Part shown: piece after piece, positions 50,633-60,369 of the stretch
Position numbering within the stretch: the stretch's first letter is position 1
Layout of the letters: the number at the start of each line of letters is the position of its first letter
Source: Candidatus Caccoplasma sp.
GTDB taxonomy: Bacteria > Bacteroidota > Bacteroidia > Bacteroidales > G3-4614
Assembly: GCA_045587545.1 (NCBI GenBank)
Contig: JAZNCN010000026.1
Coordinates: forward strand, 6,295 to 70,294
Length of the DNA: 64,000 bases
Direction of reading: 5' to 3'
Notes under the pieces: model-generated
Told to the model about the DNA's origin: nothing
The model's input: only the letters and a program-made list of their open reading frames with translations
The model's database searches: none
Position numbers and translations under genes: made by a program

Positions 50633-51709
50633 CTACCGGAGAGGGGTTTGAGGGGAAGTATAGTTATTGTTATACAGATGATATATTTTTGAGCCTCCAC
50701 ACTCTGATATTTGTGCATTAAAAAAAGATATTTTGGGTGCTTTAACTCCCTGATGAATAATCATGGGCGATACCTCTCGGCGAATTTCGTCCCACGCTCC
50801 TGCATCAATAAACGACTGAAGTGTTTTTGCTCCACCTTCAACCATGAGAGAAACTACTTTCTTACTATATAAATAGTTAAGTATCTGAGGAATAATATTT
50901 TTAGAAAAATCAATATTTACGTAGCTGTTTGATTTATGTAGCACATCAAGGTTATCCGTAAAAGCCACAACATTCTCATCAGCGAATATTTTACTATCAG
51001 CAGGAATAACAGCCTCTCGGTCTATTACTACACGCAACGGATTTTTACCGCTCCAACCTCTTACCGTAAGCGATGGGTTATCTGTCAAAATGGTTGTTGT
51101 TCCTACCATTATAGCATCATATAATGATCTCTCGCGATGCATATAGATAGACGAAATAGGCGACGAAAGTTGTATAGGAGTTTGTTCTCCGTTTTTCAGA
51201 GCTGCGATATAGCCATCATTGCTTTCGCACCATTTTAAAAGCACATATGGTCGTTGTTGCGTATGGCAAGTGATAAATTTTCGGTTGACAAATAAACAAT
51301 CATCTTCCAAAACTCCTGATACAACCTCTATCCCTGCTGCTTTCAATATAGCAATTCCTCGCCCTGAAACCTCAGGAAATGGATCTTTAACTCCTATTAC
51401 AACACGAGGAATTCCACTCTCTATTATAAGATTACAACATGGTGGCGTTTTTCCCCAATGCGAACAAGGCTCTAATGTAACATATATGGTACTATCCTTC
51501 AAAAGGGTTTTATCTTTTACCGAGTTTATCGCATTTACTTCGGCATGCGCCTCGCCATATTTACGATGATACCCCTCGCCTATTATTCTGTCTTTATAAA
51601 CAACTACTGCTCCAACCATCGGATTGGGCGATACCCTACCCTCACCGCAACGGGCAAGTTGCAATGCTCTATGCATATAAATTTTATCGCAATCCGATAT
51701 TGAGTTCAT
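50633..51709 (-). CDS. ribD: Bifunctional riboflavin biosynthesis deaminase/reductase RibD
   Basis: 358 aa with the CMP/dCMP deaminase zinc motifs HAEVNA and PCSHWGKTPPC, then the reductase domain (VGTTTILTDNPSLTVR, EGGAKT). Confidence 0.93.
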   Translation of the reverse strand: MNSISDCDKIYMHRALQLARCGEGRVSPNPMVGAVVVYKDRIIGEGYHRKYGEAHAEVNAINSVKDKTLLKDSTIYVTLEPCSHWGKTPPCCNLIIESGIPRVVIGVKDPFPEVSGRGIAILKAAGIEVVSGVLEDDCLFVNRKFITCHTQQRPYVLLKWCESNDGYIAALKNGEQTPIQLSSPISSIYMHRERSLYDAIMVGTTTILTDNPSLTVRGWSGKNPLRVVIDREAVIPADSKIFADENVVAFTDNLDVLHKSNSYVNIDFSKNIIPQILNYLYSKKVVSLMVEGGAKTLQSFIDAGAWDEIRREVSPMIIHQGVKAPKISFFNAQISECGGSKIYHLYNNNYTSPQTPLR

Positions 51710-51717
51710 ATTTTTTA

Positions 51718-51725
51718 TAATTTTG
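51718..51725 (+). promoter_or_regulatory. -7-type promoter box TAATTTTG upstream of prmC
   Basis: Matches TAnnTTTG, 45 nt before the ATG at 51770. Confidence 0.45.
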
Positions 51726-51769
51726 CAATATTGTTAGCTTATATTTAAGCACCCTTATTGTATCTCCTA

Positions 51770-52615
51770 ATGAAAGATAGCATAAAATATATCAGCGAAA
51801 AATTATCTGACACCTATGACCAACGCGAATGTAAAGCTATTGCGCGATATTTGGTTGAAGAGGTTTCAGGTATGAACTATACTGATATTTTGGTCAAAGA
51901 TACAAAATTTTCGGAAGAGCAACGTGATAAAATTGATATTATAATCAAACGTCTTATTAATGGAGAGCCCATACAATATATTTTGGGATATAGCTACTTC
52001 TGTAATTTAAAAATTGGAGTTAAAAGCGGAGTACTTATTCCTCGTCCAGAGACGGAAGAACTTTGCAGGCTAATTATTGATAGAGAAAAAATCAACAATC
52101 CAAAAATCCTTGATATATGCACCGGTAGTGGCTGTATTGCCATTGCGCTAAAGAATGAAATACCTAATGCATTAGTTGATGGTGTTGATATTTCTGAAAC
52201 TGCATTAAACATTGCAAAAGAGAATAGCAATAATTGTAATTTAAACGTAAATTTTTTCAAGTACGATGTTTTAAACAATACCCCCTCTCTATGCGGAAAT
52301 TATGACATAATAGTCAGCAACCCTCCCTATATATGTAATTATGAGAAGGAGAAAATGGAAGATATTGTTCTAAAAAACGAGCCACACCTTGCTCTATTTG
52401 TCGAAGATGAAAATCCCCTCGTTTTTTACGATAAAATAGCCAAATTAGGTATGAAAATTTTAAATAATGGAGGAATGCTATTCTTTGAAATCAACCCACT
52501 GTTTCACAAAGAGTTACAAAGCATATTAAAGAATTTAAACTACTCTGGCATTGAGGTTATTGAAGATATTAACGGACGCAGAAGATTTATAGCATGTACG
52601 AGAAAGGAAATATAA
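51770..52615 (+). CDS. prmC: Release-factor glutamine N5-methyltransferase
   Basis: The track ORF begins at a TTG (51758); the first ATG is at 51770. It has the SAM motif ILDICTGSGCIA and the catalytic NPPY (SNPPYI). Confidence 0.9.
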   Translation: MKDSIKYISEKLSDTYDQRECKAIARYLVEEVSGMNYTDILVKDTKFSEEQRDKIDIIIKRLINGEPIQYILGYSYFCNLKIGVKSGVLIPRPETEELCRLIIDREKINNPKILDICTGSGCIAIALKNEIPNALVDGVDISETALNIAKENSNNCNLNVNFFKYDVLNNTPSLCGNYDIIVSNPPYICNYEKEKMEDIVLKNEPHLALFVEDENPLVFYDKIAKLGMKILNNGGMLFFEINPLFHKELQSILKNLNYSGIEVIEDINGRRRFIACTRKEI

Positions 52616-53085
52616 AAAAAACTATTGATTACAATGAGGCTCTAACTAAATGTACAGCCCTATGCTCACGTGCCGAATATTCTGTTTGGGACACAAGAGA
52701 GAGATTGGCAAAATGGGGCATTGAGAAGAACCTTCAAGACGATATTATCAATTACCTTATTTCAAATAACTACATAAATGAGGAGAGGTACGTAGAGAGC
52801 TTTATATCAGATAAACTTAAATTCAACAAATGGGGTAGAATAAAGATAAAATATGCTCTACTTCAAAAGAGAATAAACGAAAGTATTATTTACAACATAT
52901 TAAATGATATTGATAAAGAGGAATACTACAAAACTCTTGTTGATTTGATAAATAATAAAACAAAACATAAAAGAGGAGAAATGGACATAAAGAAGAGAGC
53001 CTCAATTTACAATTTTGCCTTATCCAGAGGATTTGAGCCAGAGCTGATAAACAGAGCATTAAGGGAGTTGGGAGTTGTTAGTTAA
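52594..53085 (+). CDS. recX: RecX-family regulatory protein
   Basis: 163 aa with three helical repeats and family-typical residues (CSRAEYS, YINEERYVESF, KWGRIKIKYAL). It overlaps the prmC end by 22 nt. Confidence 0.75.
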   Translation: MYEKGNIKKTIDYNEALTKCTALCSRAEYSVWDTRERLAKWGIEKNLQDDIINYLISNNYINEERYVESFISDKLKFNKWGRIKIKYALLQKRINESIIYNILNDIDKEEYYKTLVDLINNKTKHKRGEMDIKKRASIYNFALSRGFEPELINRALRELGVVS

Positions 53086-53097
53086 AATAATATTTAT

Positions 53098-53799
53098 ATG
53101 AAAATAGTGGATATAATATCTGCAATATCTGATCTTTTCTATCCCCGTCTTTGTATTAGATGCGGTAAAGCATTAAACAGAGGGGAGAGATATTTATGTA
53201 CATCGTGTATTGCTAATATTCCACGAACAAATTTTCATAAAAACAGCCGTAATTTAACAGAAGAGACCTTCTCAGGCAATGCTCACGCCGATAGGGCATT
53301 TTCGTGGTTCTACTTTTCTCGCAATAGCTCCTATAACAACCTGATATACAACTTAAAATACAAAGGCAATGCCGATTTGGCAAAATATTTGGGCAAACTA
53401 TATGCAGCCGAACTTGAAGTTGATGGTATAAAATTGGATTTTGATATTATTATCCCTGTTCCGCTACACCCAAAACGCCTCAAAAAACGCGGATATAACC
53501 AAAGTACAATGATAGCAGAGGGCTTTCAAAGAATTTTTGGCGGAGAAATAAGAGAGGATATCCTCATTAGAAAAAGCGAGACAAAGAGTCAAACCCGCAA
53601 AATGAGATTTGAGCGCTGGGAAAATATAAAAGATGCTTTCTCGGCAAACTTCTTTGATGAGTATGCCGAGAAAAAATTAGTTCTCATAGACGATGTTACC
53701 ACAACAGGAGCAACAATTACTGCTTGTATAAAAACATTGAGAGAGTGCGGTTACAACAACATCTCTGTAATAACTTTGGCTTATGCCGATAATAGATAG
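53098..53799 (+). CDS. comF: ComF-family phosphoribosyltransferase-like protein
   Basis: 233 aa with an N-terminal zinc-finger-like C-x2-C...C-x2-C (CIRCGK ... CTSCI) and the C-terminal PRTase loop LVLIDDVTTTGATI. Confidence 0.8.
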   Translation: MKIVDIISAISDLFYPRLCIRCGKALNRGERYLCTSCIANIPRTNFHKNSRNLTEETFSGNAHADRAFSWFYFSRNSSYNNLIYNLKYKGNADLAKYLGKLYAAELEVDGIKLDFDIIIPVPLHPKRLKKRGYNQSTMIAEGFQRIFGGEIREDILIRKSETKSQTRKMRFERWENIKDAFSANFFDEYAEKKLVLIDDVTTTGATITACIKTLRECGYNNISVITLAYADNR

Positions 53800-53949
53800 T
53801 TAAAACTATAGTTTATTTAATCTCCCCCGCTCAGTATAACAGAAATAATTTTAGCCTTTCTGTAACTTACTTGCAGATATGTTAGTTATTGGAGCAAAAA
53901 AAACTAATAAAAAAATTGAAATTGCTTTTATTATTCAGATATTATTATA

Positions 53950-53957
53950 TAACTTTG
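53950..53957 (+). promoter_or_regulatory. -7-type promoter box TAACTTTG upstream of pyrE
   Basis: Matches TAnnTTTG, 63 nt before the pyrE ATG, in a 220-nt spacer. Confidence 0.45.
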
Positions 53958-54019
53958 ATAAGTTGAATGCAGATACATTTTTATTAGTTCAGAAATATTA
54001 ATTTAAAAAACAGAATATT

Positions 54020-54655
54020 ATGGATACAGTAGGTAAATTATTGGCTAAAAAATTATTGGGAATCAGCGCAGTAAAACTTCAACCAAAGAATCCCTTTACT
54101 TGGGCATCAGGTTGGAAATCGCCTATTTACACCGACAACAGAAAGACTCTTTCTTATCCTGATGTAAGAACTTTTGTAAAAGTTGAGCTTACTCGCTTAA
54201 TTGCTGAGAAATTTGGAGAGTTTGATGTTATTGCAGGTGTTGCAACAGGAGCTATTGCTCAAGGAGCATTGATTGCTGATGAATTGGGTATGCCATACGT
54301 ATATATTCGTTCAGCTGCAAAAGACCACGGAATGGGTAATTTGATTGAAGGAGATATTAAACCCGGGCAAAAGGTTGTTGTGGTTGAGGATCTTATCTCA
54401 ACAGGTGGTAGTAGCTTGAAAGCAGTTGAAGCTGTACGACAAGCAGGTTGCGAAGTTGTGGGTATGGTTGCGATATTCACTTACGGTTTCCCTGTTGCTG
54501 AAGAGAAATTTAAAGAGGCAAATGTTACCCTTTATACATTAAGTAACTACTATGCTGTATTGGAAGCTGCAGCTGAAACAGGATATATTAACAGCGAGGA
54601 TATTGAAACGCTAAAAGTATGGCGCGAAAATCCTTCTCAATGGATGCAAGAGTAA
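54020..54655 (+). CDS. pyrE: Orotate phosphoribosyltransferase
   Basis: 211 aa with FTWASGWKSPIYTDNR and the PRPP loop VVVVEDLISTGGSS. Confidence 0.95.
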   Translation: MDTVGKLLAKKLLGISAVKLQPKNPFTWASGWKSPIYTDNRKTLSYPDVRTFVKVELTRLIAEKFGEFDVIAGVATGAIAQGALIADELGMPYVYIRSAAKDHGMGNLIEGDIKPGQKVVVVEDLISTGGSSLKAVEAVRQAGCEVVGMVAIFTYGFPVAEEKFKEANVTLYTLSNYYAVLEAAAETGYINSEDIETLKVWRENPSQWMQE

Positions 54656-54659
54656 TCAG

Positions 54660-55079
54660 ATGAGCAGTTTATGTAAATACGAGAGTTCTGTCAAGAGTGT
54701 TAATTCTCCTGTAGAGGCAGTATATAACACTCTTTCAGACTTAAATAATATTAGCAGAATTCAAGAGAGAATCCCTGCCGATAAAATCAAAGATATAAGA
54801 TTTGACTCTGATAGTTGTTCTCTGAAAGTTGACCCTGTCGGAGAGGTTAAATTTGTTATCTGCAATAGAGAACCTAACAAAACCATTAAGTTTACTGCAG
54901 AAAATACACCTATACCCATATTTTTATGGATACAGGTATTACCTGTAACAGAAAACACTTCTAAAATGAGAGTTACTTGCCATGTCGAACTAAATATGTT
55001 CTTACGCGGAATGGTAGGCAAAAAACTTGAAGAGGGTATTGAAAGGATTGCAGATGTATTGGCATCAATAAACTATTAA
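54660..55079 (+). CDS. Small SRPBCC/START-like fold protein (tentative), function unknown
   Basis: 139 aa with no signal peptide and a beta-rich core with a C-terminal helix. It is wedged between pyrE and argH with 4-nt and 11-nt gaps. Confidence 0.45.
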   Translation: MSSLCKYESSVKSVNSPVEAVYNTLSDLNNISRIQERIPADKIKDIRFDSDSCSLKVDPVGEVKFVICNREPNKTIKFTAENTPIPIFLWIQVLPVTENTSKMRVTCHVELNMFLRGMVGKKLEEGIERIADVLASINY

Positions 55080-55090
55080 GAAGGCAAGAA

Positions 55091-56431
55091 ATGGCGGAAA
55101 AACTTTGGCAAAAAACAACTATAGTAAACTCTGAAATAGAGCGATACACCGTAGGCATGGATAGAGAGTTAGATTTATATCTTGCTCCGTACGATATTCT
55201 CGGATCTATTGCACACATTACAATGTTAGAATCAATTGGGTTACTAACAAAAGAGGAACTACGTTTGCTAACTGCAGAATTACGCAATATTTATACGACC
55301 ACTCAAGATGGAACATTCATTATTGAGGAGGGTGTTGAAGATGTTCATTCTCAAGTTGAATTGTTGCTTACTCGCAAACTTGGAGATATTGGAAAGAAAA
55401 TCCATAGCGGACGCTCTCGCAACGATCAAGTATTGGTTGATCTTAAGCTATTTATGCGTGCAGAGATTAAAAAGATAGTAATACTTTGCAACAAGTTGTT
55501 TGATACCCTTATTGCCCAAAGCGAAAATTACAAAGAAGAACTTATTCCCGGATATACACATCTTCAAGTGGCTATGCCATCGTCATTCGGGCTTTGGTTT
55601 GGAGCCTATGCCGAAAGCCTTGTTGATGATCTTGCAGTACTCCAAGGAGCTTATAAAGTTGTAAATCGCAATCCCCTTGGCTCAGCCGCCGGTTATGGCT
55701 CTTCATTCCCACTAAACAGAACAATGACAACAAATCTGCTGGGATTTGATTCAATGAACTACAATGTTGTATATGCTCAAATGAGCCGAGGGAAAACAGA
55801 GCGCATTGTTGCAACAGCAATGGCTTCAATTGCTGCAACAATATCAAAACTTGCATTTGATGCTTGCATGTTCAACTCTCAAAACTTTGGGTTTATAAAA
55901 CTTCCAGATGAATACACAACAGGCTCAAGTATAATGCCTCATAAGAAAAACCCCGATGTATTTGAGTTAACACGGGCAAAATGTAATAAGCTACAAGCTC
56001 TACCATACCAAATAACTCTTATTGCTAATAATCTACCATCTGGGTACTTCCGCGACATGCAATTAATCAAAGAGTCTTTTATTCCTGCATTTGAGGAGTT
56101 GAAAGATTGTTTGATAATGACAACCGAAATGGTTCGCCTAATTGAGATAAAGGAGGGCATCATTGATGACGAACGCTATAAATATGCTTTCAGTGTTGAA
56201 GAGGTAAACCGTAGAGCCAAAGATGGTACTCCATTCCGCGATGCTTACAAACAAGTTGGTATTGAGATTGAAGAGGGCCGATTTACTCCTAATAAAAACA
56301 TAAATCATACTCATGAAGGTAGTATCGGAAACCTCTGTAACGACCAAATATCAAAATTAGAGAAAGATATTGTTATTGGTTTTAACTTTGAAAAATCGGA
56401 ACAAGCAGAAAGAACTCTTTTGGGCAAATAG
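55091..56431 (+). CDS. argH: Argininosuccinate lyase
   Basis: 446 aa with SGRSRNDQV, GYTHLQVAMPSSFG, and the fumarate-lyase signature GSSIMPHKKNPD. Confidence 0.95.
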   Translation: MAEKLWQKTTIVNSEIERYTVGMDRELDLYLAPYDILGSIAHITMLESIGLLTKEELRLLTAELRNIYTTTQDGTFIIEEGVEDVHSQVELLLTRKLGDIGKKIHSGRSRNDQVLVDLKLFMRAEIKKIVILCNKLFDTLIAQSENYKEELIPGYTHLQVAMPSSFGLWFGAYAESLVDDLAVLQGAYKVVNRNPLGSAAGYGSSFPLNRTMTTNLLGFDSMNYNVVYAQMSRGKTERIVATAMASIAATISKLAFDACMFNSQNFGFIKLPDEYTTGSSIMPHKKNPDVFELTRAKCNKLQALPYQITLIANNLPSGYFRDMQLIKESFIPAFEELKDCLIMTTEMVRLIEIKEGIIDDERYKYAFSVEEVNRRAKDGTPFRDAYKQVGIEIEEGRFTPNKNINHTHEGSIGNLCNDQISKLEKDIVIGFNFEKSEQAERTLLGK

Positions 56432-56470
56432 TTGTTTTGTCCAAAGGAGAATAATCTCTTAATTTCCTCT

Positions 56471-56968
56471 ATGTTATTTAAACAATTCACATATTCTTTA
56501 TTAATTGTCGTAGCAATTTTATCGTCAAGTTGCTCTGACCTTAATGACGAAGTAATACCTATTGCCGGTGTTAGAATTGAGGTTACTTTAGCTCAACAAC
56601 AGAAAAAAGAGTATTGGGCAAGTTCTCCTGCCACATATGTAACATTCCTGATGCCATCTATCCCTTATGGGTTTCCATACTCGGTATCCTCATCAACAGG
56701 ATATGCAGGAGTGTTACAAGTTTGCGGTTTTGATAGCCAATTTTATGCATATGATTTATGTTGTCCTGTTGAACATAATCCCTCAATAAAGATTAGTGTT
56801 GACGAGAGCAATTTGAATGCTGTATGCCGAGAATGTGGCTCAACTTACGATATTTTCTACGGGACAGGAGCACCCATTGAGGGTATTGCCGCTAAAGAAA
56901 AATATTCTCTCAAAAAATATCGCATAAACTATATTGCATCTACTGCCTCATATCTTATTTCAAATTAA
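56471..56968 (+). CDS. Lipoprotein with a degenerate Rieske-like Cys motif, function unknown
   Basis: The track ORF starts at a TTG right after the argH stop. The ATG at 56471 gives MLFKQFTYSLLIVVAILSSSCSD (lipobox). The C-terminal part carries CCPVEH ... CRECGSTYDIFYGTGAPIEG. Confidence 0.5.
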   Translation: MLFKQFTYSLLIVVAILSSSCSDLNDEVIPIAGVRIEVTLAQQQKKEYWASSPATYVTFLMPSIPYGFPYSVSSSTGYAGVLQVCGFDSQFYAYDLCCPVEHNPSIKISVDESNLNAVCRECGSTYDIFYGTGAPIEGIAAKEKYSLKKYRINYIASTASYLISN

Positions 56969-57004
56969 GATAATAAACCAAATTCATCACTTAACATAGT
57001 AATT

Positions 57005-59059
57005 ATGAAAATATTCATAGCCACCTTCTTATCATTGATTATGGCAGTTAACATATCTGCAAAAATCAGAGTTTCATGCATAGGAAATAGCGTTACATAC
57101 GGTTATCTACTGCCCGAAAGAGAGAAAAATTGCTATCCTGCACAACTACAGAATATGTTAGGAGATGATTATGAAGTTGGCAACTTCGGCAAGAGTGGTG
57201 CGACCCTTTTAAACAAAGGGCATCGCCCATATATGCAACAAAAGGAGTTTAATGACGCCATGGCTTTTGCCGGTGATATTGCTATTATTCATTTGGGTTT
57301 AAACGATACGGACCCTCGTAACTGGCCAAATTATAGTGAGGATTTTGAGAAAGATTATTATGCACTGATTGACTCGGTAAAAAGAGCTAATCCCAAATGC
57401 AAGGTGTGGATTTGCAGAATGTCGCCCATAACAGACAAACACCCCCGTTTTAGATCTGGTACTCGCAATTGGTACAGACAAATTCAAACTCATATTGAAG
57501 ATATAGCAAAGATTAAAGGTGTTGGATTAATTGATTTGCAAGCACCTCTTTATGATATGCCCAACCTGTTACCCGATGCTCTTCACCCGGACACGACAGG
57601 GGCCAAGATTATTGCAAAAACTGTATATCAGGCAATTACAGGAAACTATGGAGGGCTTAAGATGTCGCCTATATATACCGACAATATGGTTTTACAACAC
57701 AATACTCCCCTACAGATAAAAGGTATAGCAAATGTTGGAGATGAAATAACCGTAAAAATTGCAAATCAAAAACATAATACTAAATGCGGAGAAAATGGCA
57801 AATGGAGTGTAACAATAGAGCCATTGGTTGCAGGGGCAGGATATACACTCTCTGTTTCAACTAAAGATAAATGTTTGACATACTCTAATATTGCAGCAGG
57901 AGATGTATGGTTATGCTCCGGACAATCCAATATGGCCTTTATGCTTTGGGAAGGTGCAACAGCAAAAGAGGATATTGAAAATGCCGACAATAAGAATATA
58001 AGGTTGTTTAACCTTAAACCTGCTCACGAGACCAATGCTGTTGAGTGGAGCACAACATTCCTTGATTCGCTTAACCGTTTAGATTACTACAGACCTACCG
58101 AATGGCAAGTCTGCAATAAGGAGAACGTAAACTCCTTCTCTGCAATTGGCTACCACTTTAGCAGAGTTCTTGCCGACTCACTAAATATACCTATAGGTGT
58201 TGTATGTAATGCAATAGGTGGTTCAGCGGCAGAATCGTGGATTAGCAGAGAGATTATTGAGGAGAAGATACCCGATATATTGGTTAATTGGACTAAAAAC
58301 GATATGGTGCAAGATTGGGTACGTGGCAGAGCCGAACTTAATTGTAAAAAATCGAAGGCAGCAGGGCAACGCCACCCATATGAGCCTACATATCTTTATG
58401 CAGCAAACCAACAATGGATTGGCGATTTAACCGTAAAAGGTATGATTTGGTATCAAGGCGAAAGTAATGCTCATAATATTGAGTTGCACGAAGAGTTATT
58501 CCCTATGGTGATTGAAAGTTGGCGCAAACAACAGGATAACCCCGATATGCCTTTTTACTTTGTACAGTTATCAAGTATAAACCGTCCATCGTGGTGCAAC
58601 TTCCGCAATAGCCAACGCATTATGAGCGAAACATTACCAAATGTCGGTATGGTGGTTTCGTCGGACAAAGGTGATGAGTGGAATGTTCACCCCACCGAGA
58701 AACGAGAGATTGGCGAAAGATTGGCTCAAATTGCATTGAATAGGTGTTATGGAATGAACGAAATTACCCCTTGTGGGCCTATGTTTAAAAGCGTCATTTT
58801 TGATAAAGGTGCAGCCTACCCCACTTTTGAATATGAGAACGGATTACAAGCTGCCGATGGTGAAGAAATTATAGGTTTTGAATTAGCCGGAGAGGATAAA
58901 ATATTTTATCCTGCAAAATCAGAAGTTGTTAAGGGTAAACTAAAAGTTTGGAGCAAAGAGGTTAAAGAGCCTAAATATATCCGCTACGGGTGGCAACCAT
59001 ATACAAACGCAAATCTCGTTAATGGAGACGGGCTTCCCGCAAGTACGTTTAAAAATTAA
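57005..59059 (+). CDS. Two-domain sialate O-acetylesterase (SGNH/GDSL domain + DUF303-type 9-O-acetylesterase domain)
   Basis: 684 aa with a signal peptide, SGNH block I CIGNSVTYG and block V DALHPD. The second domain has GQSNM and WYQGESN motifs, as in Bacteroidales NanS/EstA-type enzymes. Confidence 0.8.
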   Translation: MKIFIATFLSLIMAVNISAKIRVSCIGNSVTYGYLLPEREKNCYPAQLQNMLGDDYEVGNFGKSGATLLNKGHRPYMQQKEFNDAMAFAGDIAIIHLGLNDTDPRNWPNYSEDFEKDYYALIDSVKRANPKCKVWICRMSPITDKHPRFRSGTRNWYRQIQTHIEDIAKIKGVGLIDLQAPLYDMPNLLPDALHPDTTGAKIIAKTVYQAITGNYGGLKMSPIYTDNMVLQHNTPLQIKGIANVGDEITVKIANQKHNTKCGENGKWSVTIEPLVAGAGYTLSVSTKDKCLTYSNIAAGDVWLCSGQSNMAFMLWEGATAKEDIENADNKNIRLFNLKPAHETNAVEWSTTFLDSLNRLDYYRPTEWQVCNKENVNSFSAIGYHFSRVLADSLNIPIGVVCNAIGGSAAESWISREIIEEKIPDILVNWTKNDMVQDWVRGRAELNCKKSKAAGQRHPYEPTYLYAANQQWIGDLTVKGMIWYQGESNAHNIELHEELFPMVIESWRKQQDNPDMPFYFVQLSSINRPSWCNFRNSQRIMSETLPNVGMVVSSDKGDEWNVHPTEKREIGERLAQIALNRCYGMNEITPCGPMFKSVIFDKGAAYPTFEYENGLQAADGEEIIGFELAGEDKIFYPAKSEVVKGKLKVWSKEVKEPKYIRYGWQPYTNANLVNGDGLPASTFKN

Positions 59060-59090
59060 GCCCCACCCTAAACCTCAACTAAATAAAATA

Positions 59091-59126
59091 TTAGACTAAT
59101 TGACCATATTGGACTAATTAGTCTAA
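59091..59126. terminator. AT-rich inverted repeat between convergent genes (weak bidirectional terminator candidate)
   Basis: TTAGACTAATT (59091-59101) pairs with AATTAGTCTAA (59116-59126) across a 14-nt loop, between the esterase stop and the queA stop. Confidence 0.35.
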
Positions 59127-59148
59127 TTTATTAGTGAAGACAAAAATA

Positions 59149-60369
59149 TTATCTCAACAACAGAGAGGAGTCGCCGTAGCTAAGAAAACGGAAGTTGTTT
59201 GCAAGGGCGTAATCGTAAATTTTGCGCCAACTATCGCCACCTATGTAGGCTGAAACCAAAAGTAACAAGGTACTTTTGGGTTGGTGGAAATTTGTGATTA
59301 TTCCGTCAACTACTCTAAACTTGTAACTTGGCACTATTATTATTTGGGTTGAGGTTACAAGTTGTGACAAACCATTATCTTTTAGATAGTTTACAATGTT
59401 GCAGAATGCCTCAGAGCGAGACATTTCAGATGAACAATCATAGGGTTGCCACTGCGACACTCTTAATGATGCAGGATTTTGAGGTTCTCTGCCTAATGCC
59501 ACTCCGATATGATATAGCGACTCCAATGTACGCACTGAGGTTGTTCCCACCGCTATTATACTTTTATCGGTTTGTGATATTTTTTCAATCACTTCAAGAG
59601 GAACAGATATTAACTCGGTATGCATATCGTGTCCGCCTATAGTATCGCTCTTTACCGGACGAAACGTTCCTGCTCCTACATGCAGGGTTACTTCGGCTGT
59701 CTCTACTGCTCTTTCTCGTAAGGCTTCAAACACTTGTGGGGTGAAGTGCAGACCTGCTGTTGGTGCAGCTACCGAGCCCTCTATTTTTGAATATACGGTT
59801 TGATAGGTGGTTTTGTCGCTCTCCTCTGCTTCGCGATTTAGGTATGGCGGTATTGGCAATTCTCCTACTGAATCTAATAGTCGGGCAAAGGCAAATGAGG
59901 GGTTGTCCCACGAAAAGCGTATTGGTTGTGGCGAACCTGCCCCTACCCTCTCGGCTGATAAATTTACGGTTTCTCCGTCATGAGTAATGGTGCGAGTAAG
60001 TCTTCCCTCTTTCCATTTTTTTGAGTTACCGACCAAACACTCCCACACACACTCTGTGGTTGATTGAAATGATAGTGCATAATCGGCAGGGAAATGTGGC
60101 TCTAAACAGAATATCTCTATTGATGCTCCGCTCGTTTTTTGAAAATGCAAACGGGCTTGTATCACTCTTGTATTATTGAATACAAGCATTGAATTTTGTG
60201 GAAGATGCGTGGGGAGAGTATTAAATACCGACTCTCCTATATCTCCGTTTTTATATACCAACAACTTTGAATTGTCGCGTTGAGATAATGGGAATTTTGC
60301 AATTCTTTCGTCGGGGAGAGAATAATCGTAACTCTCCATTGATATATTTTTGTACTCTTCATTAATCAT
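59149..60369 (-). CDS. queA: S-adenosylmethionine:tRNA ribosyltransferase-isomerase
   Basis: 406 aa from the ATG that overlaps the apbE stop (ATGA); an alternative ATG 30 nt downstream gives MESYDYSLPDERIA. PPYL, YQTVYS, APTAGLHF, VGTTSVRTLES and NFHQPKSTLL are QueA motifs. Confidence 0.9.
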   Translation of the reverse strand: MINEEYKNISMESYDYSLPDERIAKFPLSQRDNSKLLVYKNGDIGESVFNTLPTHLPQNSMLVFNNTRVIQARLHFQKTSGASIEIFCLEPHFPADYALSFQSTTECVWECLVGNSKKWKEGRLTRTITHDGETVNLSAERVGAGSPQPIRFSWDNPSFAFARLLDSVGELPIPPYLNREAEESDKTTYQTVYSKIEGSVAAPTAGLHFTPQVFEALRERAVETAEVTLHVGAGTFRPVKSDTIGGHDMHTELISVPLEVIEKISQTDKSIIAVGTTSVRTLESLYHIGVALGREPQNPASLRVSQWQPYDCSSEMSRSEAFCNIVNYLKDNGLSQLVTSTQIIIVPSYKFRVVDGIITNFHQPKSTLLLLVSAYIGGDSWRKIYDYALANNFRFLSYGDSSLLLR

